This document shows positions 1-8,010 of a stretch of 32,000 nt of DNA, in pieces (position 1 is the first letter of the stretch; every line of letters begins with the position of its first letter). The stretch is from Phycisphaera mikurensis NBRC 102666 (GTDB lineage: Bacteria; Planctomycetota; Phycisphaerae; Phycisphaerales; Phycisphaeraceae): NCBI RefSeq assembly GCF_000284115.1, contig NC_017080.1, positions 600,001 through 632,000 on the forward strand, read 5' to 3'. The notes beneath the pieces are model-generated. The model was not told where the DNA came from. It was given only the letters and a program-made list of their open reading frames with translations, and made no database searches. The position numbers were made by a program, and so were the translations under genes.

Positions 1-45
1 AAGGAGTTCATCAGCGGGCTGACCTCCGGCGCCGTGAAGGGCTGA
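1..45 (+). CDS. 3' end of an upstream CDS (partial, product unknown)
   Basis: Frame 1 reads KEFISGLTSGAVKG, then TGA at 43-45. It is on the same strand as the next gene and 53 nt upstream of it. Too short to identify. Confidence 0.3.
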   Translation, partial: KEFISGLTSGAVKG

Positions 46-98
46 GGCCGCGAGACGCCGGCCCGAAGAGGCGGTGGGCGACCGCGTAACCTCCGCCG

Positions 99-2603
99 AT
101 GCACGCGGCCCTCGATTGGCTTCTGGGCCTCGGCGGCGGGCTGTCGACCCGCGAGGGCGGCCTGGAGCTCCAGGCGGCGCTGCCGGCTTGGGCCTGGGTG
201 GCGGTGGTCGCGGCGGCGGCGGGGCTGGGCGTGCTGGCCTACCGCCGGGTGCCCGGCGCGGCCGCGCCGCGGGCCTTGGCCGCGGCCCTGCGGGCCCTCG
301 CGCTGCTCGCGGTGGTCGTGCTGCTCTGCGGCCCGAGCTGGATCCAGCGGCGCGAGAAGGTGGAGCCGGACCGGGTCGTGCTGCTGATCGACCGCTCGGC
401 GTCGCTGCTGACCGAGGACGCGGAGGCGCCGGCGTCGCTGGGTCTCGGCGACCGGGCCGATCCCGCGAGCGAGGCCCGCCGCTCGCGCGACGCGGCGCTG
501 CGGGAGCGGCTTGCCGCGGACGGCCCGGCGATCGCGGCGTTGGAGGGCCCGCGGCGGCGGGTGCGGTGGCTGGGCTTCGGCGGCGGCGTCTTCCCGCTGC
601 AGGGCGGAAGCGGGGGCGGGGGCGTGCCGGATCCGGGGCCGGCGGAGCGGGAGGCGACCGGCGTGCTCGCGGCGGTGCTCGAGGCGGCGGCGGACCCTTC
701 GGGCGCGCCGGTGGCGGCGGTGATCCTGATGTCCGACGGGCGCAGCCGCGAGGCCATCGGGCCGGCCGCGGAGGCGCGGCTGGCGGAGGCGGGCGTGCCG
801 GTCTTCGCCGTGCCGCTGGGCCCGGGCGGGGCCGCGCCCGACGCGTCGGTCGGACCCGTGGCCGCGCCGCCGCGGGCCTTCCGCGGCGACCGCGTGCCCG
901 TGAGCGTGGAGGTGCAGGGGCTGGCGAGCGTCCCGCCGGGCGCGGGGGTGGTGGTGCGGTTGCTCGAGCCGGCGCCCGGCGGCGCGGACGCGGCGCCGGC
1001 GGTGCTCGACGAGCGGCGGGTCGACGCGGCTTCGCTCGCCGCGGCCGGCGGACGCGTCCGGCTGCGGGGCCGGGCCGCCGAGCCGGGCCGGCGGGCGTGG
1101 GAGGTGCGGGTCGAGCCTCTCGACGGCGAGCGGAACACCGCGAACAACCACCGGCCCGTCGCCGTGGAGGTGCTCGACCGGCCGCTCCGGGTGCTCTACG
1201 CCGAGGGCCCGCCGCGGTGGGAGTACCGGTACCTCAAGAACCTGCTGCTGCGGGAGGCCTCCGTCGAGGTGAGCGTGCTGCTGTTCTCGGCGGACGCCGG
1301 CTTCGCGCCCGAGGGCGATGCACGCATCGGCCGCTTCCCGGTCGACGCCGCCGAGCTCGCGGCCTACGACGTGGTGGTGGTCGGCGACGTCGAGCCGGGC
1401 TACCTCTCCGAGGCGCAGGAGCGGCTGATCGTCGACCGCGTGAGCGACGGCGGGGCGGGCGTGCTGTTCATCGGCGGGCCGCGGCGGATGCCGGCGGCCT
1501 GGGCGGGCCGCCCGCTCGCGGCGCTGCTGCCGCTGGCCGATCCGGGTGCGGTGACGCGGGCGCCCGGCGAGGCCTTCGGCGTCCGCACCGGCCCGCTCGC
1601 GGAGTCGCTCGCCGTGCTGGACCTCGTGGGGGACGATGCCGCGGACCGCGAGGGGCTTCCGGCCCGCGAGGCCGCGGTCCGCGGCGTGCTGCCGCTGCCG
1701 GAGCTGCGGTACGCGCAGCGGCTCGGGCCGCTCAAGCCGCTGGCGGAGACGCTCGCCAGCTGGCAGCGGGTGGGGGACGGGTCCGGCTCCGGCGACGCAC
1801 CGGCCTCCGGCCCGCTGGTCGTGCGGATGCGGGCCGGGGCGGGGCAGGTGCTGTACACCGGCACCGACGACGCCTGGGCGTGGCGGCGCGGCGTGGGCGA
1901 ACGCTACCCGGAGCGGTACTTCCTGCAGATGATCCGGCTGCTCGGCCGCGGCGTCGCCGGCACCGGCGACGGGCCCGCGGAGCTCGCCGTCGCCGACCGG
2001 CGGCTGGTGCGTGGCGGGACCACGGCCGTGGAGCTGACGCTGCGGGCCGGCGGCGGCGGCGACCGGCTCGCGGGGGACGAGGTCGCGGTCGCGGTGCGGC
2101 GGCTGGATCCGGGAGACCCGGCCGGGGCCGAGGGCGTGCCGGTCGGCGAGCTGACGCTGCGGGCGGACCGGGGCAACGGGGGCGCTGGCCCGGGGCCGGG
2201 CTTTTCTGAGGAGGCGGGCGGGCCGGCCGGCGGGCTCCGCCGGCTGCGGGCGCTTTGGAGCCCGGAGCGGGCGGGGCGGTACCGGCTGGTCCCGACCGAT
2301 CCGACGCTCGCGGCTCTGGGCGTCGCGGCCGCGGCGGAGGTGGTCGCCGACGCCGACGAGCGGCGCGACACCGCCACCGACCACCCGAAGCTCGCGGCGA
2401 TCGCGGCGGCCACCGGCGGCCGCGTCGTCCCGCTCACGGGCCTGGGCTCTTTCGTCTCCGACGCGGGGAGCCTCCCCGGCGTCGCCCGCGTGACGCCCGA
2501 CGACCAGGCCGCCTCGCTCCGTCACGCCCCGCTCGCGCTGCTCGCGGTGCTGCTGCCGCTGTTCGGCGAGTGGCTCATCCGGCGGCGGTTGCGGCTGGCT
2601 TGA
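99..2603 (+). CDS. BatA-like membrane protein: N-terminal double-TM domain + vWA-like + GATase1-like (DUF1355-type) region
   Basis: 834-aa ORF from ATG 99. Two N-terminal TM helices (LPAWAWVAVVAAAAGLGVLAY; ALALLAVVVLLCGPSW) match the BatA / N-terminal double-transmembrane family. A vWA-like MIDAS-type strand follows (VVLLIDRSASL), then a second strand (AAVILMSDGRS). A GATase1-like block is present (RVLYAEGPPRWEYRYLKNLLL ... YDVVVVGDV ... GAGVLFIGG). There is a C-terminal TM helix (APLALLAVLLPLFGEWLI). Confidence 0.75.
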   Translation: MHAALDWLLGLGGGLSTREGGLELQAALPAWAWVAVVAAAAGLGVLAYRRVPGAAAPRALAAALRALALLAVVVLLCGPSWIQRREKVEPDRVVLLIDRSASLLTEDAEAPASLGLGDRADPASEARRSRDAALRERLAADGPAIAALEGPRRRVRWLGFGGGVFPLQGGSGGGGVPDPGPAEREATGVLAAVLEAAADPSGAPVAAVILMSDGRSREAIGPAAEARLAEAGVPVFAVPLGPGGAAPDASVGPVAAPPRAFRGDRVPVSVEVQGLASVPPGAGVVVRLLEPAPGGADAAPAVLDERRVDAASLAAAGGRVRLRGRAAEPGRRAWEVRVEPLDGERNTANNHRPVAVEVLDRPLRVLYAEGPPRWEYRYLKNLLLREASVEVSVLLFSADAGFAPEGDARIGRFPVDAAELAAYDVVVVGDVEPGYLSEAQERLIVDRVSDGGAGVLFIGGPRRMPAAWAGRPLAALLPLADPGAVTRAPGEAFGVRTGPLAESLAVLDLVGDDAADREGLPAREAAVRGVLPLPELRYAQRLGPLKPLAETLASWQRVGDGSGSGDAPASGPLVVRMRAGAGQVLYTGTDDAWAWRRGVGERYPERYFLQMIRLLGRGVAGTGDGPAELAVADRRLVRGGTTAVELTLRAGGGGDRLAGDEVAVAVRRLDPGDPAGAEGVPVGELTLRADRGNGGAGPGPGFSEEAGGPAGGLRRLRALWSPERAGRYRLVPTDPTLAALGVAAAAEVVADADERRDTATDHPKLAAIAAATGGRVVPLTGLGSFVSDAGSLPGVARVTPDDQAASLRHAPLALLAVLLPLFGEWLIRRRLRLA

Positions 2604-2718
2604 GCGGGCGGCGGCGCCGGTTGGACCACCCCGGCCCGGGTGGCCCCGCACGCACCGCCGTGGCTCCCCGCTCCCTACGCTCGCGCGGTCGGCCTTCTTC
2701 CCGCGGAACCTGCACCAC

Positions 2719-5700
2719 GTGAGCCCGCAGATACAGCTCGAAGCGGTGCGGCGGCGGGCCCGTCGGCTGCTGGTCACGCGCCGGCTGGGGCAGGCGGTGG
2801 CGGCGGCGGTGGGGGTCGCGCTCGCGCTGGGCGTGCTCGACTACCTGCTGCGGCTGCCGGGCTGGCTGCGGCTGGGGATCGCGGTGGCCGTCGCGGCGGG
2901 CGCGGCGTGGTGGGTGGCGACGCGGCTGGGCCGGGCGTGGCGCTTCGCCCCGACGCTGCCGGAGCTGGCGCTGCGGGCCGAGGCCCGCTTCCCCGCGATG
3001 CGAGGCGTGCTCGCCGGCGGGCTGGAGCTCGCCACGACGGGGGGGGCGCTGGCCGCGGCGTCGGCCGCGCGGGCGCGGGAGGCCGCCGCGGGCACGCCCT
3101 TCCACGAGCTGGTGGAGCCGCGGCCGGCGCGGCGGGCGGCCGGGCTGGGCCTTGCCGCCGCGCTGGCGGGGGCCGGCCTGGTGGCGCTGGCGCCGGCGGC
3201 CGCCGCGACCGCGGCCGCGCGGTGGCTGCACCCGCTCGGCGACGCCGCCTGGCCGCTGCGGCACGCGGTTTCGCTCGCGCCGCTGCCGGCGGTGCTGCCG
3301 GCGTCGCAGGAGCTCGCCCTCCGCGCCGCGGTGGAGGGGCCTTCGGCGGCGGGGCTCCGCGTCTGGGCGGAGGCCCGCTTCGAGGAGGCGGGCTCCGGCC
3401 GCGCGATCGCCCGCACGCGGACGCTGATGCCGGCGGTCGAGGCCGGTGCCGGGGTCGAGGCCGCGTCGGCCGGCGGCCCGGTGCCCTTCGCGGCGCGTGT
3501 GCCGCTCCCGCCGGAGGTTGCCGCGGCGCTGGCTTCGGGGAGCGCCGCGGGTGTCGTCGCCTCCGTGCGGGTCGTCGCGGGCGACGGGGCGTCCGAGCCG
3601 CAGGAGCGGCCCGTCCGCGAGCGGCCCCGGCCGGCGTCCGCCGCGGCGACCGTCTCGCCGCCGGCTTGGGCCGCGGGCCTGGTGCCGGAGGCCGCGGTCG
3701 CTCTCGACGCGGAGGCGGAGCGGCTGGGCCGGGTGGCGGCGCTGGCGGGCTCGGGCGTCGAGCTGGCGATCGGCTTCAGCCGCCCGCTGCCGGCGGGGAC
3801 GCTCCGCGGCGCGGCGCCGGCGCTGGCCGGGCTGCCCGCGGGCGGCGTCGTGGAGCCGCGCCCGGCGTCCGCCGATCCCGCCGACGGGCTGCTGGCCCGC
3901 TTCCCGCTCGCGGCGGACGCCCGCGTCACGCTCCGCCTCCGTGACGGCGATGCCGACGCGCCGGCGACCCTTCAGGACGCCGTGCCGCGGACGCTGGACC
4001 TGGTCGCCCGGCCCGACGACCCGCCGCGAGCCCGGGTCTCCGGGCCCGCGGCCGACGGCTCCGTGCTCGCCACGGCCGTGCTCCCGGTCGCGGCGGCGGG
4101 CTCGGACGACCTCGCGCTGCTGGGCCTGTCGCTCGAGGCCGCGGCGGAGCGTGGCGGCGCGGCCGATACGCCGAGGGTGCTCGCCGAGTCCGCCTCGGTC
4201 GGCCGCGAGCTGGAGGCGGCGGGCGAGATCGACCTGGCGGCCTTCGGGGTCGGGCCCGGCGACGCGGTGGTGCTGCACGCCGTGGCCCGGGCCCCCGGCC
4301 CCGGCGGCGTGGTGGAGACCCGCTCCGCCCCGCGGACGCTGCGGATCGTCGACGCCTCCACGCTGCTCGCCGAGGTGCGCCGGGAGGTGGCCGCGGTGCG
4401 GCGGGAGGCCCGCGGGCTCGCCGCCGAGCAGGCCCGTCTGCGGGAGGCGGAGGACGCCGAACCGGCCTCGGCCGCTTCGCGGCAGGCCCGCCTCGCGCGG
4501 GCCGTCGAGGCCGCCCGGGCCCGACTCGACGCCGTGGCCGACCGGCTGCGGGCCAACCGGGCGGACGAGCCGGGGCTGGTCGCGACGCTGGAGGCGGCGG
4601 GCGAGCGGCTGGCCCAAGCGGCCGAAGCGGCGGGCGCCGCGGGCGAGGCGATGGCCGACCCCGCCGCCGCGGCGCCGGAGCAGCGGGAGGCCGAGGCCGA
4701 ACTCCAAGCCGCGGCCGACCTGCTCGACGCCGGCGGCGACGCGGCGGCGCTGCGGCTGGACGCCCGCGCCCTCGCCGACGCCCAGCGGGCGCTCCGCGCC
4801 GAGGCGGCCCGCCTGCTCCCCGAGACCGCCGGCCGCTCACCGGAGCAGCTGACGCCGGAACAGCGTGAAGCGGTCGAGGCGCTCGCCCGCGAGCAGGAGG
4901 CGCTGGCCGAGCGGGCGCAGGAGCTGCTCGACAAGCTGCGCGAGGCTTCGGCCGACCCCGGCTCCACCGACGCGGAGCGGGCCGCCTCCGCCGCCATGGC
5001 CGAGGCCGCGCAGGCGGCGGCGCAGGCCGGGCTGACCGCCGCGATGGACGGCGCCGCCGAAGCGGCCGCCGAGAACCAGCTCGCCGGCGCGGGCGAGGCG
5101 CAGGACGCGGCGCTGGAGGCGCTCGGCCGCGTGCTCGAGGCCTTCGAGGGGCAGGAGCGACGCCGGCGGGAGCTGCTGCAGGCCCGCCTGGCCGGGCTGG
5201 TCGAGCGGGTCGAGCGGCTGCGGGCGGACGCCGCCGCGGAGGAGGCCAAGCTCGACGCGGGGCCCACGGCCGCCGCGCTGGTCGCGCTCGCGGAGCCGCT
5301 GTCATCGGTGTGGGAACGCTCGCTGGCGCTCTCCGGCGACGCCGGCGCCGAGCGCGAGACCGAGCCCGCGGTGGCTCCCTTGGACAGGGCGGCGGCCGCC
5401 CAGGCCCGCGGCATCGCCGGGCTCCGCGCCGCCACCGCGGTGCCCGCGCGGGCGGCTCAACGCGAGGGCATCGCCGGGCTCGACGAGGCCCTCGCCACGC
5501 TCAAGCGGCTCGCGGAAGCGCAGCGGGCCGAAGACGAGGCGGAGCGGGAAGCGAGGCTGCGCGGGCTGTACGCGGCGCTGGCCGATCGGCAGGACGCACT
5601 CGCCGACGCGGTGGACCCGCTCGCCGGCGAGCCCGCCCCCGACCGCCGGGCCCGCGCCACGCTGCGCGGCTTCGCGGCGCCGCAGGAGGCGATGGCGGGG

Positions 5701-6201
5701 GAGGCCGACGCGCTGGAGCAACGCGCCGGCGAGGGCGCCATCTTCGCCGCGGTGCACGCCGACGTGGAGGACGCGATGACCCGCGCCGCCGCCCGCCTCC
5801 GCGCCGGCGACGCGCTCGGCTCGGTCTCGGCCGACCAGCGGTCCGCCGCGGCGGGGCTGCGCGCGATGGCGGACGCGCTGGTGCCGCCGCCGCCGAAGAA
5901 CGACTTCGCCGAGGGCGGGGGCGGGGCGGGCGGCGGCGGCGGCGGCGCTCCGCCGCCGGACGTGCCCTCCGCCGCGCAGGTGAAGCTGCTGCGCGGGATG
6001 CAGGCCCGCCTCCTCGCCGACGCCTCCGCGCTGCGGGCACCCGGGGCCGCGCCGGCGGACGCCGCCACGGGCCGCGACCTCGCCGCCCGTCAGCGCCGCC
6101 TGCTCGACCTGGGCCGCGCCCTCGCCGAGCAGGTCCGGCAGCAGAACCCCGGTCCTGCCGGTTCCGCCGATCCCCCCGCCGCCGACGGAGACACCCCCTG
6201 A
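2719..6201 (+). CDS. Large membrane-anchored Ala/Glu/Arg-rich coiled-coil protein (DUF4175-like architecture; hypothetical)
   Basis: 1160-aa ORF from GTG 2719, the most upstream start in frame. Two N-terminal TM helices (AVAAAVGVALALGVLDYLL; LGIAVAVAAGAAWWVA) precede several hundred residues of Ala/Glu/Arg-rich helical low-complexity sequence. A Gly run follows (GGGGAGGGGGGAPPPD), then an ordered tail (AQVKLLRGMQARLLADA). Stop TGA 6199-6201 overlaps the next ATG by 1 nt. Confidence 0.65.
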   Translation: MSPQIQLEAVRRRARRLLVTRRLGQAVAAAVGVALALGVLDYLLRLPGWLRLGIAVAVAAGAAWWVATRLGRAWRFAPTLPELALRAEARFPAMRGVLAGGLELATTGGALAAASAARAREAAAGTPFHELVEPRPARRAAGLGLAAALAGAGLVALAPAAAATAAARWLHPLGDAAWPLRHAVSLAPLPAVLPASQELALRAAVEGPSAAGLRVWAEARFEEAGSGRAIARTRTLMPAVEAGAGVEAASAGGPVPFAARVPLPPEVAAALASGSAAGVVASVRVVAGDGASEPQERPVRERPRPASAAATVSPPAWAAGLVPEAAVALDAEAERLGRVAALAGSGVELAIGFSRPLPAGTLRGAAPALAGLPAGGVVEPRPASADPADGLLARFPLAADARVTLRLRDGDADAPATLQDAVPRTLDLVARPDDPPRARVSGPAADGSVLATAVLPVAAAGSDDLALLGLSLEAAAERGGAADTPRVLAESASVGRELEAAGEIDLAAFGVGPGDAVVLHAVARAPGPGGVVETRSAPRTLRIVDASTLLAEVRREVAAVRREARGLAAEQARLREAEDAEPASAASRQARLARAVEAARARLDAVADRLRANRADEPGLVATLEAAGERLAQAAEAAGAAGEAMADPAAAAPEQREAEAELQAAADLLDAGGDAAALRLDARALADAQRALRAEAARLLPETAGRSPEQLTPEQREAVEALAREQEALAERAQELLDKLREASADPGSTDAERAASAAMAEAAQAAAQAGLTAAMDGAAEAAAENQLAGAGEAQDAALEALGRVLEAFEGQERRRRELLQARLAGLVERVERLRADAAAEEAKLDAGPTAAALVALAEPLSSVWERSLALSGDAGAERETEPAVAPLDRAAAAQARGIAGLRAATAVPARAAQREGIAGLDEALATLKRLAEAQRAEDEAEREARLRGLYAALADRQDALADAVDPLAGEPAPDRRARATLRGFAAPQEAMAGEADALEQRAGEGAIFAAVHADVEDAMTRAAARLRAGDALGSVSADQRSAAAGLRAMADALVPPPPKNDFAEGGGGAGGGGGGAPPPDVPSAAQVKLLRGMQARLLADASALRAPGAAPADAATGRDLAARQRRLLDLGRALAEQVRQQNPGPAGSADPPAADGDTP

Positions 6202-6908
6202 TGCGATCGTCCCTCGCCCTGTCGCTTGCGCTGCTCGCCCCGCTCGCGTGCCCGTCGCTGGCCCAGCCCTCGCTCGACGACCTGCTCGACCTCGCCCCCG
6301 CGCCCGAGGAGCCCCCGGACCCGACGCCGCAACCCGGGGCGGCGGACCTCTCGGACCTCGCCGGCCGGCTCGACCCGCCCGGCGACGCCGGCGACGCCTT
6401 CGCCCGCGCGCTGGACCGGATGGACGCCGCGGCGGGCCTGCTCGCGGAGGCGCCCGGCGGCCTCCCCGCCGCCCGCACCCAGCAGGAGGTGCTGGACCTG
6501 CTCGACGCCGTGCTCGCCGCCGCGACCTCCCCACCGCCGGGCGGGGGCGGCGGAGGCGGCGAGCCCGGCGATCCGCCGCCGCCCACCGACGGCGACGCTC
6601 CGCCGGGCGGGTCCCAGCCCGCCGGCCCGGCGCCCGGGCCGGCCGGCCCGCCCGCGCCGGGTCCGGCCTCGGCCGCGGCGGGCGAGAACGCCGGGGCGCC
6701 CTCGGCCGGCGCACCCGTCGCCGCGGAGCCGCGGGGCGGCCCGCTGGACGCGACCGCCGCGGGGTGGGGCGGGCTGCCCCCGCGACTGCGGGACGAGCTG
6801 ACCGATGGCCTCGACGAGCCCTTCAGCCCCGTCTACCGCGCCGCCACCGAGGACTACTACCGGCGGCTGTCGCGGCGGGCCGCCGCCACGCCGGAGGGCC
6901 AGCCGTGA
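6201..6908 (+). CDS. Secreted Pro/Gly-rich protein of the BatA cluster (hypothetical)
   Basis: 235 aa. ATG 6201 overlaps the upstream stop (TGATG). Clear signal peptide MRSSLALSLALLAPLACPSLA-QP. Central Pro/Gly low-complexity region. Ordered C-terminus WGGLPPRLRDELTDGLDEPFSPVYRAATEDYYRRLSRR. Its stop overlaps the next start (GTGA at 6905-6908). Confidence 0.6.
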   Translation: MRSSLALSLALLAPLACPSLAQPSLDDLLDLAPAPEEPPDPTPQPGAADLSDLAGRLDPPGDAGDAFARALDRMDAAAGLLAEAPGGLPAARTQQEVLDLLDAVLAAATSPPPGGGGGGGEPGDPPPPTDGDAPPGGSQPAGPAPGPAGPPAPGPASAAAGENAGAPSAGAPVAAEPRGGPLDATAAGWGGLPPRLRDELTDGLDEPFSPVYRAATEDYYRRLSRRAAATPEGQP

Positions 6909-7978
6909 ATCCGCGGACCGTCGCCCATTTCATCGTCGTCCTCGCGTGGTCCGCGGCGCCCGCGCTCGCGCAGCCGGCGGCGGACGCTCCCGCCGCCATC
7001 GAGGCCGACGCCCGCACGGCGCCCGCCGTGGCCCGCGGCCTCGCCTTCCTCGCGGGCGTTCAGCAGCCCGGCGGCGGCTTCCCCGACGGCGGGCAGGGCG
7101 AGAGCACCGGCATCACCGGCATCGCCGGGCTGGCCTTCCTCGCCGACGGCCACCTGCCCGGCCGCACCGGCTACGGCTTCGTCGTCGAGAACGCCGCCGC
7201 CTTCATCCTCGACAACGCCGGCCCCTCGGGCTTGATCGCCGCCGACACCTCGCACGGCCCGATGTACGGCCACGGCTACGCCACGCTGTTCCTCGCCGAG
7301 CTCATCGGCCAGCTCGGCGAGCCCGCCGGCCGCGTGGACGAGGCCCGGCTGCGGGCGGTGCTCGCCCGCGCCGTCCGGCTCATCGTCGACACGCAGAACC
7401 CCGAGGGCGGCTGGCGGTACCAGCCTCGCCCGCTGGATGCGGACATCTCCGTGACCATCACGCAGATCATGGCCCTGCGGGCGGCCCGCAACGCGGGGCT
7501 GGCGGTGCCGGTGCAGACGATCGAGCGGGCGATCGCGTACGTCAAGGCCTGCCAGGAGGACGGCCCGCTGAACCAGGGCGGCGGCGGTTTCCGCTACATG
7601 ACCTCGCCGGGCAGCGCCGCGTGGCCCCGCTCCGCCGCGGGCGTCGCCTCGCTGCAGTACGCCGGCGTGTACGGCGGCGACGAAGTCGAACGCGGGCTGG
7701 CCTACCTGGCCGCCTTCACGCCGCGGGGCGGCGGCAACGGCGGCTTCGGCGGCGGCCAGCCGCACTGGTTCTACGGGCACTACTACCACGCCCAGGCCGT
7801 CTTCCTCGCGGGTGGGAGCCACTGGACCAACTACTTCCCCGACGCGCGCGAGCAGATGCTCGCCGACCAGCAGGGCGACGGCTCGTGGCGCTCCAGCCAC
7901 GGCGAGGCGTACGCCACCGGCATGGCGCTGCTCGTGCTGCAGATGCCCAACCGGCTGCTCCCCATCTTCCAGCGGTGA
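6905..7978 (+). CDS. Secreted prenyltransferase/squalene-oxidase-repeat (alpha/alpha-toroid, terpene-cyclase-like) protein
   Basis: 357 aa from GTG 6905 (4-nt GTGA overlap with the upstream gene). Signal peptide (...FIVVLAWSAAPALA-QP). Repeated QW-like motifs are typical of the prenyltransferase/squalene oxidase repeat fold (QQPGGGFPDG; TQNPEGGWRYQ; NQGGGGFRYM; DQQGDGSWRS), with aromatic-rich helices in between. Confidence 0.85.
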   Translation: MNPRTVAHFIVVLAWSAAPALAQPAADAPAAIEADARTAPAVARGLAFLAGVQQPGGGFPDGGQGESTGITGIAGLAFLADGHLPGRTGYGFVVENAAAFILDNAGPSGLIAADTSHGPMYGHGYATLFLAELIGQLGEPAGRVDEARLRAVLARAVRLIVDTQNPEGGWRYQPRPLDADISVTITQIMALRAARNAGLAVPVQTIERAIAYVKACQEDGPLNQGGGGFRYMTSPGSAAWPRSAAGVASLQYAGVYGGDEVERGLAYLAAFTPRGGGNGGFGGGQPHWFYGHYYHAQAVFLAGGSHWTNYFPDAREQMLADQQGDGSWRSSHGEAYATGMALLVLQMPNRLLPIFQR

Positions 7979-8010
7979 AGCCGCCGCCTCCCCGCCGCGT
8001 AGGGTCGCCG

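Noticed and set aside
1638-1685. Pairs of CCGCGGWCCGCGG-type palindromes inside coding regions (1638-1650/1673-1685 in the BatA-like gene; 14576-14590/14631-14645 in murE) as possible in-frame REP insertions
   Set aside because: They encode Ala-Ala-Asp/Val-Arg-Gly (GCC GCG GAC/GTC CGC GGC), a peptide pattern expected in these Ala/Arg/Gly-rich proteins with GC-biased codons. In murE they fall in residues that align with conserved MurE sequence (DRRAAISAAVRGARPGDVVLIAGKGHE). These copies are therefore compositional, not insertions. The prmC pair is listed separately because it coincides with an insertion.
74-2209. Very long ORFs in alternative frames or strands throughout the window (e.g. 74-2209 +, 2575-4707 -, 3972-5435 -, 12951-14303 -, 15349-17601 -, 21362-24496 +, 7716-9485 -)
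   Set aside because: Their translations are monotonous Arg/Gly/Pro/Ala strings with no signal peptides, TM helices or family motifs. Each overlaps a frame that does show clear homology. Open off-frames are expected when stop codons are rare at this G+C content.
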